From positions 928,001 through 992,000 of the forward strand of contig CBDHHL010000056.1 in NCBI GenBank assembly GCA_965263355.1: DNA of 64,000 nt. The letters run 5' to 3'. The DNA comes from Leptolyngbyaceae cyanobacterium. Its GTDB lineage: Bacteria > Cyanobacteriota > Cyanobacteriia > Phormidesmidales > Phormidesmidaceae. Below, piece after piece: positions 10,402 to 21,669 of the stretch (positions are counted from its first letter, which is position 1; each line of letters begins with the position of its first letter). The translations under genes and the position numbers were made by a program. The notes under the pieces are model-generated. The model saw only the letters and a program-made list of their open reading frames with translations. It was not told the origin of the DNA and ran no database searches.

Positions 10402-10746
10402 CCTTAATCCACTCCTACCTCATCCGGTAACTGTGGTGTTTACGCTGCTCATGCAATACCTGTGTCTATATTTAGAATCAACATTTTTTTGCCAACATGC
10501 AAGTATTAGAGGGAAATTTCGGTGTAAATACGCAGCTCTATACCCCTAGAAAAACATAGGGTTATTGGGGATCACAGCCCCGATATTGGGCCCCTCAAAT
10601 TGCCAGTCTAGTCTATTATTTTTCTATTGCTGCCTGTCCATTCAGGAGTTGTAAGTCATCTCTATTAGACCTTTGACCAATTGGCCCAGATCCAGCCAGA
10701 CTCTAGGCTATTAGTAAGCGCATTTCGTTGACATGTTCGCTATCGT

Positions 10747-10784
10747 AGACTCGCACCCCTTGCGTTAGGGAGCGGGTCTTTTTT
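10747..10784 (+). terminator. Intrinsic terminator-like hairpin with a plus-strand T run
   Basis: AGACTCGC...GCGGGTCT followed by a T run. Confidence 0.5.
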
Positions 10785-10911
10785 ATTTTTTACTCACTAA
10801 TTTAAAGTAGCTTTCATGGCTATCGGCATAGATTCTTCACACGCTTATCCTACTTAAGTAGGAGACGTAACTAAAATCACCCAGGTCTGAATCAGTATAA
10901 TGAGCATTGCG

Positions 10912-11454
10912 TCAATCGCACCCCAAACTCTCTCGGGTGGAGATACCCGTAATAGGATTGACCCCATCAGCTCGCTCGCATAGAGATTTAACTTGAAAAC
11001 GATCGATGATGGTGTAGGAAAAGTCAGCCCCCGTGATCTCCACATCCATAAAGGTACTACTTGTCATTAACGCATCGGTAATTAGAGCATTAGTCAGATC
11101 TGACCCCGTGAACTCTACCCGGTCAGCAAATGATTCTGATAGATTTGCCCCGGTCAAGTCAGTACGAATAAATTTGGCTTTGGTTAAAATAGTGCCGCTC
11201 AGATCGGCCCCCCGAAAGTTAGCGTCTCGGACCTCTGCCGCCGCTAGAGACGTGCCTACCAAGTTGGCATTTTCAAAGTTACGCCCAGTCAGGTCGGTCA
11301 GGGTGTAATTGACAATACCTGGTGCGGCAATCGCAACCGTTGGCAATGGAGTTAACAGTAGTGCGATCGCAACAAACATACTTACAAGTTTGAGGCCATG
11401 CCACTGCCACTTAATCATTGATCGCTTACTCCTGTCTGCCATAGCTCTTATCAT
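10912..11454 (-). CDS. Pentapeptide repeat protein (exported/lumenal)
   Basis: Signal-like N-terminus, A(D/N)LxG repeats, C-terminal [22 protein letters not shown]. Confidence 0.85.
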   Translation of the reverse strand: MIRAMADRSKRSMIKWQWHGLKLVSMFVAIALLLTPLPTVAIAAPGIVNYTLTDLTGRNFENANLVGTSLAAAEVRDANFRGADLSGTILTKAKFIRTDLTGANLSESFADRVEFTGSDLTNALITDALMTSSTFMDVEITGADFSYTIIDRFQVKSLCERADGVNPITGISTRESLGCD

Positions 11455-11490
11455 AAGCGAATTTAGAGTATGGCGGAATCTTCAGCAAAG

Positions 11491-13548
11491 CTATAGCTCT
11501 AAATTCGTCTTCTGACTTTCACTCGAGATGAAATTATTCAACTGCTGGAGGTCATCATCCTGTTCCAACGTTTCCTTTGGAGTATCTATATCAGCCTGCC
11601 ATGGGTCATCCACACTGTAGGGGGTAGCGGCGTTTTGGCTTTCTCCAGTAGTAGCCTGCTCTGGAGCTGACTTTGAAAATATATCCAGGACAGCCTCTTG
11701 ATGTTGATCAAAAATACTTATATCCCCCTGTTGCAGATCTCCCCAGAGCATGTCTGACACCTGCTTAGCGTCCTGATTAAGGGTGGTGGTAATCGCCTCA
11801 ATTTCCGCCAAAATTTGGGTAATAGTCTGAGCAGCTGTCACCATCGCCTGGGAGTTAGCAATTGTTGCCTGTCTGGATTGGGTAATCTCGTTTGTTTGAT
11901 GGTGTAGCTTTTCTAAAGAATGTCGCTGCCGATCATAGGCCTTGAGATTTGCTACGTCTGCTATAAGTTGGGCTAGCAAAGACTGAAACTGTGACTTGTC
12001 TGTCGCTTCAGTCGCCTGATCCACGGCTCCTGTTAGGGAAAATATGTGTTTATCTAAGGTTTTGAAAAGATGAGCTGACTCAGTTTCCGATGGCATACTA
12101 TCGAGGTAGCCCCCCAGGGTCTGGGCCAGACTAAACAACCCATCCAAACGACTGTCTACACATTTGCACTCATTAGATTGCTCAACCAGCTGCTTTTGGA
12201 CCTTTTGAATCAGTGACTGCTGCTCACGGGCTTCTTCGTCAATCTGGGCTGTAAAGGCCAAAAACCTCTCTGCCATTTGGTCAGAGTGCAAGTTACTCTG
12301 GGCAATGGTTTCCTCATGATGACGGATCGTTTCTTGATGCAGATTAAGCTGATTAAGAATATTAAAAAACGACATCGATAGTTGCTCCAACTCATCCTTT
12401 TGAGCAACTTCAACCTCTGCCATCAGGTTTCCCTCAGTGCCAGCAAACTGCTTACCTTGAAGCAGAATAGGCTTGATCCGCTGGTTCAGCTTCCGAATGG
12501 CCAAGTAGACCACCACTCCGATTAACAGCACCATTAAACTAGTGGTCAAGGCTGCGATTCGAAAGATTCGACCGTAGATAGCGTTGTAGGGCACAAAACC
12601 AAACAACAGCCAATCCTGTCCAGGAACCTTTGCATAGGCCCAATAACCTGACTTCCCCCCTAGTAGGCCCGGTGCATCCGAATTAATCTGCGACCAAATT
12701 GCCGCCAATCCAGGAATAGTTTGGTAGGTTTGGGCGTCGGTATCTGGATTTGTGGGATCGACGATTACTTTGCCTGACTGAGTCAGCAGTAAAAAGGAAC
12801 CGGCTTGTTGAAAGACAACATCATCCAGCAGCTCACCTAAATATCGACTATTAATATCAACCAGGCTAGTGCCTAACCAGCGCCCTTCACGGTTGAACAG
12901 AGGATAGTAATAGGTGAGTAGGCGATTATTGCCCTCTCCTTGATAGGGCTCTGTCCACAGGTTAGTCTGGGGTTCAAAGTAATTTCGGTAGCGCTCAGTT
13001 TCAGGATAAAATTCGCCAACGTCATCGGCAAAGTCCTCATAGCGAACGGCATCTGCAGATGTAATGGCCGAGTAGTAAGGGAAAAGCCAGGGCTGCTCCT
13101 CCAGAATGCCGTTTTCACTCTGCCCCAACCCTAACCCCACTACAAAGTCTGGACGACGCTCAAACAGCTGCAGCACCAACTCTCGATAGGTATCAGGAAA
13201 CTGCGCTCCTCGCTCATGCAGGGTCGTTGCACTGACGCCTAAGCTATAGGCCAGGGTTTCGGCTGACTCTGTTACAGATGCGATCGCATTGACCTTGCTA
13301 TCCACACTGCCACGGACCTGATCAATCGCTTGCCGCTTTAACATCTCACTAAAGAGAAATGCCATGCCCCCCATGCCAACCAGGGCCCCCAACATAATCA
13401 TCCAAAATAGACGACCACCAAATGAATTGAGACGGAACCATCCTTTTGCCTTATCTGTAAGCGTTGGTTGATAACTCTGGGGTGTCTGGGGAAGTTCCTT
13501 AAACGGTGCAATTGACTGCTTCGAGTTCGACAATTTGAAGGAAAACAT
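11491..13548 (-). CDS. dCache-domain membrane sensor, MCP-like but with a degenerate signalling tail (paralogue 1)
   Basis: TM, WTEPY/LLTYYYP Cache motif, second TM, HAMP-like DELEQL, coiled coil. Confidence 0.75.
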   Translation of the reverse strand: MFSFKLSNSKQSIAPFKELPQTPQSYQPTLTDKAKGWFRLNSFGGRLFWMIMLGALVGMGGMAFLFSEMLKRQAIDQVRGSVDSKVNAIASVTESAETLAYSLGVSATTLHERGAQFPDTYRELVLQLFERRPDFVVGLGLGQSENGILEEQPWLFPYYSAITSADAVRYEDFADDVGEFYPETERYRNYFEPQTNLWTEPYQGEGNNRLLTYYYPLFNREGRWLGTSLVDINSRYLGELLDDVVFQQAGSFLLLTQSGKVIVDPTNPDTDAQTYQTIPGLAAIWSQINSDAPGLLGGKSGYWAYAKVPGQDWLLFGFVPYNAIYGRIFRIAALTTSLMVLLIGVVVYLAIRKLNQRIKPILLQGKQFAGTEGNLMAEVEVAQKDELEQLSMSFFNILNQLNLHQETIRHHEETIAQSNLHSDQMAERFLAFTAQIDEEAREQQSLIQKVQKQLVEQSNECKCVDSRLDGLFSLAQTLGGYLDSMPSETESAHLFKTLDKHIFSLTGAVDQATEATDKSQFQSLLAQLIADVANLKAYDRQRHSLEKLHHQTNEITQSRQATIANSQAMVTAAQTITQILAEIEAITTTLNQDAKQVSDMLWGDLQQGDISIFDQHQEAVLDIFSKSAPEQATTGESQNAATPYSVDDPWQADIDTPKETLEQDDDLQQLNNFISSESQKTNLEL

Positions 13549-13945
13549 AGCAGTGGAATAACGAGGTTCTAATAAGCGCAGTAGGGCACATGTTGAATCT
13601 CCCTACATACTAATTCATAAGTTTCATACAAACAGACGGGCTAATGAGTATATGTGCGATTTCCAGAGCAACTTTACCGTATAAATACATAGGCCCCCAA
13701 ACGATTACTACGCCTTCAATTTCATGGACCCTCTGGAACCTATTAAGCAAAGTCATTTAGAAGCTAGATAGTAGGTACTAATTTTTAGTCCTTAAAAACA
13801 GACAAACCAAACGCTTAAAGCATCGCTAAATTGAGCAATCTTTAACAATGTGGAGCATCTAGCACGTTTTTATGCAGTGATTTTCTAACTGCTGGCAACT
13901 AGCTCCCCGTCTATCCAAGATTGCCCAGCTTAAGTTGATGGCCGA

Positions 13946-15751
13946 CTATGATTCAAAATTAGATGCAGGGTTGCTAATCACCGTATCCGCTGTCGCTCTT
14001 TCTTGCTGCTTAATCAGCTCTTTTCTCTTCTCCAGTCCGGTCCAGAGAATATTGGATGCAAACTTGACCTGTCTATTAAGATTATTGGCAATTGCCCCAA
14101 TTTTCATTAACGCCTCATGGATACGTTGTGAAGTACCCAACATTCTTCGAGAATTGTCCATAGCAGCTTGCCCAGCGTGAGAAATACTACTGGCTTGATA
14201 CTGCAGATCCTTTAAAGATGGTTGACCCTGGTCATAGAGTCTGAACATGGCGACATCTGTCCACAACTGGTCAATCACTGCTTGTAGTTGTGGCTGGTTT
14301 GATTCATCAATCTTCTTGTCTAAAACCTCTGTTAACTCCACCATATGCTGTTCCATTTTGGCTAAAAGTTCTGACGAATCGATATCTGAGGAAATTTGTT
14401 TCAGCTCTCCAGTCAAACCTTGTGTCATAGTCAACAGGGCATCTAAATGAATATCGACCGATTGATAATTGTGGTCAGCCAGCCACATTTGAACAACTTG
14501 GATCAATGACTGTTGTTCATCAGCTTCTTCATCAATGCGGTTAGCAAATTCCAAAAACTGTTCTACTACCCGACTAGTATGACGTCTTTCTTCAGTCAGA
14601 GCTTGTTTGTAATGACAAATGCTATCTTCATGATTATTCAGCTGTTCTAAAATTTTGAAAAAACCTAACGATAGCTGATTGAGTTCATCTTGCTGACTCC
14701 AACTGGTAAGAACTTGGTGATCTATTTCAGGCAGTTGATTACATTGCAGCAGAATGGGTTTAAGGTGACGGTTTAGTTTACCTACCGCAAAATATAATAC
14801 AAGTAGCAATAGTCCCATTACAAACGCTGTGATGCTGACAGTGAGGATGAGAATTCGATTATAAACAACAGTATAGGGAACAAACCCTAACAAGACCCAA
14901 TCTTGGCCAGGGACAGTCGCATGGGCCCAGTAGCCAGTTGTTCCTCTCAAAAAACCATTATCATCAAAATCAATTTGTGGCCATAGAGTATTCAACTCAG
15001 GAACATCTTGATACGTTTTTAGCTGATGGTCCGAGTTTGGCAAGTCTGTAATAATTGTTCCTGTCTTAGTCGCGAGTACAAAATGGCCTGCTTGTCGAAA
15101 AACAGGTTCATTTAGCAGATTACTTAAATACTTGCCATCAATATCTACCAGGATAGTACCCAACCAATTGCCCTCCTTACCAAACATAGGCAAATAATAG
15201 GTGAGCATACTCCTATTTCTTCGTTGGTAAGGCTCAGTCCAAACACTGGATTGAGGCATAAAATACTGCTGGTAGCGTTGGCTCTCAGGGTAAAACTCTC
15301 CCTTATTGTCAGCTAGATCATCATAAATGATGAAGTCTTGATCAAAGGAGGTATCCTCTTGAGACGTGATCAACGAATAGTAGGGAAAAAGCCAAGGTTG
15401 ATCGACAATTAAACCATTTTCGCTTTGCCCTAAGCCTAGACCAATCACAAACTCTGGGCGACGCTCAAACAACTGTAAAACAATTTCTCGATAGGTATCG
15501 GGGTACTGAGCACGACGTTCATGAAGTGTGGTCGCACTCACTCCAAGGCCATAGGCTAACATCTCAGCAGTTTCGGTTACGGCTGCGATCGCATTAACCT
15601 TGCCATCCAAACTGCCTCGGACCTGTTCTTCAGCCTGAGCCCTGACTATTCGACTAAAGCTAAATGCCATTCCTCCCAACCCCGTCAGGGTACTGAGTGA
15701 AATCATCCAAAATAGGCGTCCTCCAAATGAGTTAAGATGTAGCCATTTCAT
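13946..15751 (-). CDS. dCache-domain membrane sensor (paralogue 2)
   Basis: Shares LNSFGGRLFWMI, TTLHER, GLGLGQSENG and WTEPY with its neighbours. Confidence 0.75.
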   Translation of the reverse strand: MKWLHLNSFGGRLFWMISLSTLTGLGGMAFSFSRIVRAQAEEQVRGSLDGKVNAIAAVTETAEMLAYGLGVSATTLHERRAQYPDTYREIVLQLFERRPEFVIGLGLGQSENGLIVDQPWLFPYYSLITSQEDTSFDQDFIIYDDLADNKGEFYPESQRYQQYFMPQSSVWTEPYQRRNRSMLTYYLPMFGKEGNWLGTILVDIDGKYLSNLLNEPVFRQAGHFVLATKTGTIITDLPNSDHQLKTYQDVPELNTLWPQIDFDDNGFLRGTTGYWAHATVPGQDWVLLGFVPYTVVYNRILILTVSITAFVMGLLLLVLYFAVGKLNRHLKPILLQCNQLPEIDHQVLTSWSQQDELNQLSLGFFKILEQLNNHEDSICHYKQALTEERRHTSRVVEQFLEFANRIDEEADEQQSLIQVVQMWLADHNYQSVDIHLDALLTMTQGLTGELKQISSDIDSSELLAKMEQHMVELTEVLDKKIDESNQPQLQAVIDQLWTDVAMFRLYDQGQPSLKDLQYQASSISHAGQAAMDNSRRMLGTSQRIHEALMKIGAIANNLNRQVKFASNILWTGLEKRKELIKQQERATADTVISNPASNFES

Positions 15752-16083
15752 CAGTTTGCGATCGCGATTGGTTAATAAAGAATTTCATTTAGTCAGCGGC
15801 CCCTGAAATGAAAACGTTTAATTTGGAGCTGAATAAAACGCGGGGATAAATTTCGAATAATTCATGAAATAGGACAATATGCACTCAGAATATCCTACAG
15901 GGATATCTTTCGGACGGACAGTGATTATTTCTATGCATAGTGATATGAATCCGGTTAGATTCACGTACGTTCCTGGATCTTTTATCGACCACCCACCCAA
16001 ACTTTAAGAGCCGCTGGGCGTATTTTCACTGACATGTCAGTCTCAAAAATCACATCGCCCCAACCCCTTTCACCTAGTCAGTT

Positions 16084-17898
16084 TTAATCTAGATTTACAG
16101 TCCTGGTACGCCGCAAAAGAATCGTTGAAATTTGTTCAATCTTTGACAACATCTGGTCAATAGTCTGAACAGACGTCACCATGGAATGAGACTCTTGTGT
16201 AGCCACTCGACTAGCCTGAGTAATACTACTTGTCTGTTCTTGCAGACTATCTATGGACGGCCACCGCTGCTCAATGGCTTTTAGTGTAATCACGTTTTTT
16301 GTGAGCTGTTGAACCAGAATATGTAGCTGACCTGTGTGCTGTTCAGTCGCTTTATGCTCTAGAGTAGTCGTCAATGACTGAACCTGTTGTTCTATCAATG
16401 CTAGCGTTTCTGCTGCATGGGCAGGTGCCCGTCGGAGTTCTCCATCTAAAGCTCGACCCATCGTATTGATGGCATCTAACTGAAGATCTATGGATTTGGA
16501 ACCACTCGCAATTCCTGTCACCAGCTGTTGCACTTTACGGATAAGGCTCTGCTGCTCACTGACCAATTGATCTAGTAGTCTGGCAAACTCTACAAACTGC
16601 TCTGAAACCTGATCAACCTGCAAGGTCTCTTTTTCGATTTTTTGCTCATGGCGACGAATTGTCTCTTCATTCAGATTGAGTTTTTCTAGCATATTGAAAA
16701 ATGCCAGGGACAGCTGATTGAGATCATCTTTTTCATCCCATTGAGCCAACAACATCGCATCGGTTTTAGCCAGCTGATTACACTGGTTAAGGACCGGCCT
16801 GAGACGATGATTCAGGCTACGGATAGCCAGAACAATTGCTGTTGAAAGCAGGACCACCATGAGCCCTGTTGCCGCTAAAGTAATTAATGCTAGCCGATTA
16901 AATACGGCGGAGTAAGGAACAAATCCTAATACGAGCCAATCCTGTCCAGGGACAACCGAATAGGCCCAGTAACCCGTTTCTCCCTCTAAAAATCCGGTGT
17001 CGTTGAGCTTAATGGTTTGCCAGAGATCCTTTAAATCAGGAATATCTTTATGGGTCTTTAAATTGTTTTCCGGATTGGCTGGATCGGCAATAATGTTCCC
17101 CTCATGGGTTAGCAATAGAAAAGACCCCTGCTGACGAAAGACAGGCTGATTGAGCAGGTTACTTAAATACTGACCATCAATATCTACTAGAGTTGTCCCC
17201 AACCAACGTCCGGTACTGTCAAATAAAGGTAGGTAATATGTCAGGAGCTGCTGTGCATTGGTCTCATAGGGCTCTGACCAAATAGCCCTCTGGGGTAAAA
17301 AGTAGTCCCGGTAGCGATCGCTGTCAGGATAAAATTCGCCAACGTCATCGGCAAAGTCTTCGTAACGTATTGATAATTGGCGGTTAGACGATTGAATTTC
17401 TGAGGAGTCACTTACGGCAGAGTCAACCGAGTAATAAGGAAACAGCCAAGGCTGATCAACAATTAAGCCATTTTCCCGTTGACCTAATCCAAGGCCAACG
17501 ACAGATTCTGGACGTTTTTCAAATAGCTGTAGCGTCAATTCTCGATACGTATCTGGATACTGCGCCTGCCGCTCATGGAGGGTAGTTACACTAATGCCAA
17601 GGCCATTGGCCAGGGTCTCAGCTGCTTTTGTTACAGATGCGATCGCATTGACCTGACCCTCCAAAGAACTGAGTACCTGGTCTTCAGCCTGATACTTGAC
17701 CATCTCACTAAATAGGAAGGCCATACCGCCGACACCGGTCAGAGCACCCAGCATAATCATCCAAAATAAACGACCACCAAAGGAGTTTAGCTGTAGCCAT
17801 CTCATCAGACGGTGCTTGAGATGGGACTTTTGAAATGTTTGATGAGTAATTTCAGAGGTAACGGATGCTTGAGCAGCACTCGATAATTTAGGACTCAT
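16084..17898 (-). CDS. dCache-domain membrane sensor (paralogue 3)
   Basis: Same conserved blocks as the two downstream paralogues. Confidence 0.75.
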   Translation of the reverse strand: MSPKLSSAAQASVTSEITHQTFQKSHLKHRLMRWLQLNSFGGRLFWMIMLGALTGVGGMAFLFSEMVKYQAEDQVLSSLEGQVNAIASVTKAAETLANGLGISVTTLHERQAQYPDTYRELTLQLFEKRPESVVGLGLGQRENGLIVDQPWLFPYYSVDSAVSDSSEIQSSNRQLSIRYEDFADDVGEFYPDSDRYRDYFLPQRAIWSEPYETNAQQLLTYYLPLFDSTGRWLGTTLVDIDGQYLSNLLNQPVFRQQGSFLLLTHEGNIIADPANPENNLKTHKDIPDLKDLWQTIKLNDTGFLEGETGYWAYSVVPGQDWLVLGFVPYSAVFNRLALITLAATGLMVVLLSTAIVLAIRSLNHRLRPVLNQCNQLAKTDAMLLAQWDEKDDLNQLSLAFFNMLEKLNLNEETIRRHEQKIEKETLQVDQVSEQFVEFARLLDQLVSEQQSLIRKVQQLVTGIASGSKSIDLQLDAINTMGRALDGELRRAPAHAAETLALIEQQVQSLTTTLEHKATEQHTGQLHILVQQLTKNVITLKAIEQRWPSIDSLQEQTSSITQASRVATQESHSMVTSVQTIDQMLSKIEQISTILLRRTRTVNLD

Positions 17899-18324
17899 AA
17901 CGGCGACACAATAAAAACAAATAAGGACACAAAAAATTAAGTGCTGATGAAAGATATGCTGAACAATAATCAGACATTTTTGCGTATCTACTTCTCAGAG
18001 AAAAATCTGTCAAACCAGCGTGTAAAATACTTTTTTGTGGATTAATAGAACCTGTAAAACTAATCACAACAATACCTACGGTTATTACATAATGGCACTA
18101 TTGCTGATGCCAATCAGCGTCATTGTGGGCACCTTCGTGGCAACTTCACCAGATCAATACTCGAACTTCAAAGATTCATGGGCAGTATTGGCAAAACTTT
18201 AAGAGAAAACTCCCTGGCATAGCTCTCTCTTAAAAAACTAATTGAGATTTTTTATGGAACAATTGGTTTGCATAAAGTGTCGCTAGGCATGTAATAACCT
18301 GTAAGAACAGGAATTAAAGCTTCT

Positions 18325-19041
18325 ATGAAGCCCACTCACCCCTACCAACCTTTTCTCCTACGATTTTTGCATGGGCTGACTGGACTGTTTCTACTGTTGG
18401 CAGTTCTGAGTGCCTTTTGGACCTACAACACCTACGACGGTCGTTGGGGAACTGTTCCGCTGCCTGCGTATAAAGCCATTGAAGGTATCCATGGCACCTT
18501 TGGGTTATATACATTATTGATCTTTCCGGTGTTTGTTTTCTACGCGTTTAATCGAGGAAAACGTCGTCTAGTGTCACCAGAGTCATTAACAACATTAACC
18601 CACCAAATTGGTAAACCTAATTGGTGGTACACGCTTAGCCGCTGTGTTAATACGCTTACCCTAGTGGCACTCACCTTTGCGCTTTTTAGCGGCAAGATGA
18701 TGGATGAGCAATGGCTACCCAACGGTGAACTGGAGCATTTTTGGTATTATGGTCATCTGATTTCCTGGGTAGTCATAGGTATTGCGATCGCTCTGCATTT
18801 GCTAATGAATGCAAAGATCGGCGGTGTTCCTTTTCTCCTCTCCATGATGACTTGGAAGTTTCGCGCCCAAGATAGCCCTAGACTTTGGCAGAACCATATT
18901 GCAAACTGGTGGTCTACTTTCCAGCCAGATACCTGGTTAGATTGGAGACGTATACTTGCCACGCGACCCAAGCTAGAAATCGCCATTTGGAGTAGCCTCA
19001 TCGCCGCTTGGTTGATTTCCCTATCTAAGGAACTTGTTTAG
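18325..19041 (+). CDS. Cytochrome b-like (b561/Ni-Fe hydrogenase b-subunit type) membrane protein
   Basis: RFLH, IHG, GH..SW and LHL haem-ligand-like histidines in TM helices. Confidence 0.7.
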   Translation: MKPTHPYQPFLLRFLHGLTGLFLLLAVLSAFWTYNTYDGRWGTVPLPAYKAIEGIHGTFGLYTLLIFPVFVFYAFNRGKRRLVSPESLTTLTHQIGKPNWWYTLSRCVNTLTLVALTFALFSGKMMDEQWLPNGELEHFWYYGHLISWVVIGIAIALHLLMNAKIGGVPFLLSMMTWKFRAQDSPRLWQNHIANWWSTFQPDTWLDWRRILATRPKLEIAIWSSLIAAWLISLSKELV

Positions 19042-19179
19042 GGATCTGCCAAGAAAAATCCCTGGCTTAGATAGGTGAAAGGATAAAGGGTAAAGAGTAG
19101 GGGCTATCCGGTTAGTATGCTATTTACCTACGGGTCCCTTAGTACAGTATCGAGCTATAAATTTAATCCTAATTATCCG

Positions 19180-19281
19180 AAACCCTGGCTACCGGCTCCT
19201 GATATTGCAGGGCATCCACAAGGGAATGCCCCTACATGATTGTTCATTTCGAATCGGGGTTAATGAACTCGGATTTGGTAT
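19180..19281. repeat. About 102-bp dispersed repeat, copy 2
   Basis: Matches 6389-6490. Confidence 0.8.
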
Positions 19282-19469
19282 TACACCTGATCTTTAAAGG
19301 TGTCTACGTAAAATGACCACAAAGGGATATACCCTAGATCTGGCTCTATTGCCGAGTAGATGTGGCTGGTTAACCACGCTCATCTACTGCCGAGCGTAGT
19401 GTAGGTCACATCCTCTTAGGAGCTGGGTGGCCCCATTAACTCAATAAACATATTGTTAGGAGCAGAATT

Positions 19470-19919
19470 GTGGAACGCACTTTCATTATGATCAAGCCTG
19501 ACGGTGTTCAGCGTGGCCTGATCGGCGAAATTATTAGCCGTTTTGAAACCAAGGGCTTTAACCTAGTAGGTATGAAGTTCATGGCCGTTTCCCGTGAACT
19601 GGCAGAAAAGCACTATGCCGTTCATAAAGAGCGTCCCTTCTTTGGTAGTCTGGTCGAATTCATCACCTCTAGCCCCGTGGTTGCGATGGTTTGGGAAGGT
19701 GAAGGTGTGGTGGGTTCTGCCCGTACCCTAATCGGGGCAACTAACCCCATTAGCTCTGCCCCCGGCACTATCCGCGGCGACTACGGTGTTACCATTGGTC
19801 GCAATATTATCCATGGTTCTGACGCCATTGAAACGGCACAGACTGAAATTGCTCTGTGGTTCACTGCTGAGGAGCTAGCTGATTGGGAATCCTGCGCTAA
19901 GAGCTGGATCTACGAGTAA
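19470..19919 (+). CDS. ndk: Nucleoside diphosphate kinase
   Basis: [36 protein letters not shown] before a GTG start. Confidence 0.97.
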   Translation: MERTFIMIKPDGVQRGLIGEIISRFETKGFNLVGMKFMAVSRELAEKHYAVHKERPFFGSLVEFITSSPVVAMVWEGEGVVGSARTLIGATNPISSAPGTIRGDYGVTIGRNIIHGSDAIETAQTEIALWFTAEELADWESCAKSWIYE

Positions 19920-19994
19920 CCCCATTCCGATATAGCAAAATGGTCTAAAGCATTAGACCTGTATCCATCAGCATCATCTGCTGGTGCTTAGTTG

Positions 19995-20029
19995 ATAAAA
20001 CCGTGGTTGAGTCTTAACCACGGTTTTAT
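19995..20029. terminator. Bidirectional terminator between convergent genes
   Basis: ATAAAACCGTGGTT...AACCACGGTTTTAT perfect inverted repeat. Confidence 0.75.
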
Positions 20030-20180
20030 TCGTTTGAAATCCATCGTTTTAATCTATGGACTAACAACAACAATCTAGCCATTGGTAGACAGTGATTGGT
20101 CTGACAACGAAACAATCACCGTTTTACTGATGTTCACCCTACCCATTGCCTATTTTGTCGAGGGTGCTCTTTAGCAGGCG

Positions 20181-20879
20181 TTAATCATACAAAACATCCA
20201 TTAGAAAGGTTGCCAGATCATGGCTAACAATCTGTTGAATGGGTTTGTGATCAACGATGTCAAACTTTGCGCCGTTCTCTCGTAAATTATTGTCCAGGGT
20301 GACTAAAAATCCTTTTGTAATATAGTCATCCCCTACCTGGACCCAGCCAATACCCAATTCATCGTTGTGATCCAGTTTTTGGGATGCTGTGACGATTTGT
20401 TTTGCGATCGCAAGCCGATCTGTCGGCTCATTGTCGAGCAAAATCAAAATAATCTCTCCATTGGCAGGTTGTTGACCAGCGGCCCGCTCAACAAAATACT
20501 GTTCCAGAACTCTCTTTAACACTGGAGCCAATGCCAATTTCTCAGGCATGGGAGCGGTATCCATAAGAGAGACTAAATTCTCAATATTTACATTTTGATG
20601 AGCTTGAAACCCATCTTCATCAGGACAATAAACCGTTAACCCATTTGGTGCTAGGGTATGACACTGTGCAGCAATTTCTAAAATTTGGCTCCGGGCCTGT
20701 TGCCAACGCTGCTCAAATCCAGGTGTCATGCCTAACCGCTGGAGCTGGGTAGGCGCATAAATTAACGTGTAATTACGGTTATGTAGCTGAGCAGGTAGAG
20801 CGGTATTTGTAGGTATCATCCAGTATCTCCCCCTTTTATCATAATTTTCCAAATTTTTGTCAGGATATCCTTCGGGCAT
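20181..20879 (-). CDS. Hypothetical protein, divergent vWA-like fold
   Basis: GEIILILLDNEP, IGWVQVGDD, LDNNLRENGAKFDIVD resemble cyanobacterial vWA proteins; MIDAS motif absent. Confidence 0.6.
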   Translation of the reverse strand: MPEGYPDKNLENYDKRGRYWMIPTNTALPAQLHNRNYTLIYAPTQLQRLGMTPGFEQRWQQARSQILEIAAQCHTLAPNGLTVYCPDEDGFQAHQNVNIENLVSLMDTAPMPEKLALAPVLKRVLEQYFVERAAGQQPANGEIILILLDNEPTDRLAIAKQIVTASQKLDHNDELGIGWVQVGDDYITKGFLVTLDNNLRENGAKFDIVDHKPIQQIVSHDLATFLMDVLYD

Positions 20880-20927
20880 TATCGGGTGGGCATTTTTGAT
20901 TATTCTTATTGCCCCATGGGCTATTTG

Positions 20928-21443
20928 TTATGCCCAATTCTCTACTGTTAATGCCCAGCGTTGATGGTCACGCCATTTCCCATTGATTTTTAGATATTGT
21001 CGTGAGAACCCTTCGTTGGTAAATCCCAGTCGCTTGACGAGATTAATAGATGCACTATTGCCCGATTGAATATTTGCTTCGACACGGTGAAGCTTGAGGG
21101 TGCTAAAGGCAAGGTTAAGTACCAGCCTCAATCCCTCTGTCATCAACCCCTGACCAGCATAATCCACACTGCCATAGTAACCTAAATAAGCATTTTGAAA
21201 GCTACCGTAAAAAATTTGGCTTAAGTTCGCTACACCTACCAAGCGATGGTCAACAGCATGCCATATCAGTAATCCTTCAAACGGTGCCGTTTGACAACGA
21301 TGGATATAGCGCTGACAGCCTTGCTTATCTTTGGCAGGGTCTGCCCAAGGATAATGATAGTCAGCGCTACGCTGGTGTAAATCCAGCAGCACTGACCAAT
21401 CCGCATCGACAGGGGGACGAATGTAAACACGCGGGAGTATCAT
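20928..21443 (-). CDS. GNAT acetyltransferase, RimJ/RimL type
   Basis: AYLGYY, GQGLMTE, LHRVEANIQSGNSAS, GKWRDH. Confidence 0.88.
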   Translation of the reverse strand: MILPRVYIRPPVDADWSVLLDLHQRSADYHYPWADPAKDKQGCQRYIHRCQTAPFEGLLIWHAVDHRLVGVANLSQIFYGSFQNAYLGYYGSVDYAGQGLMTEGLRLVLNLAFSTLKLHRVEANIQSGNSASINLVKRLGFTNEGFSRQYLKINGKWRDHQRWALTVENWA

Positions 21444-21559
21444 AGGAATTGCAAATGATTTCAGTAGCAGTCATCGAGTCTTTATAGAGTTCAATGCCAG
21501 CATCGGTCTTTTGACTCGGTAAAGCTATCCTCCAAAAGAAGCAAATAGTAAAAAGTAGA

Positions 21560-21602
21560 GGCATTTCCTTTGGACACCTCTACAGGTTGAAAAGGAAATG
21601 CC
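21560..21602 (-). terminator. Hairpin downstream of the RTX gene
   Basis: GGCATTTCCTTT...AAAGGAAATGCC 12-bp inverted repeat, T-rich tail on the minus strand. Confidence 0.55.
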
Positions 21603-21669
21603 TTACGGAAAGATGCCTGATATCAAATGTTATGCTTCCCTCAACATAACCAGGGGCTTACGTCGATAA

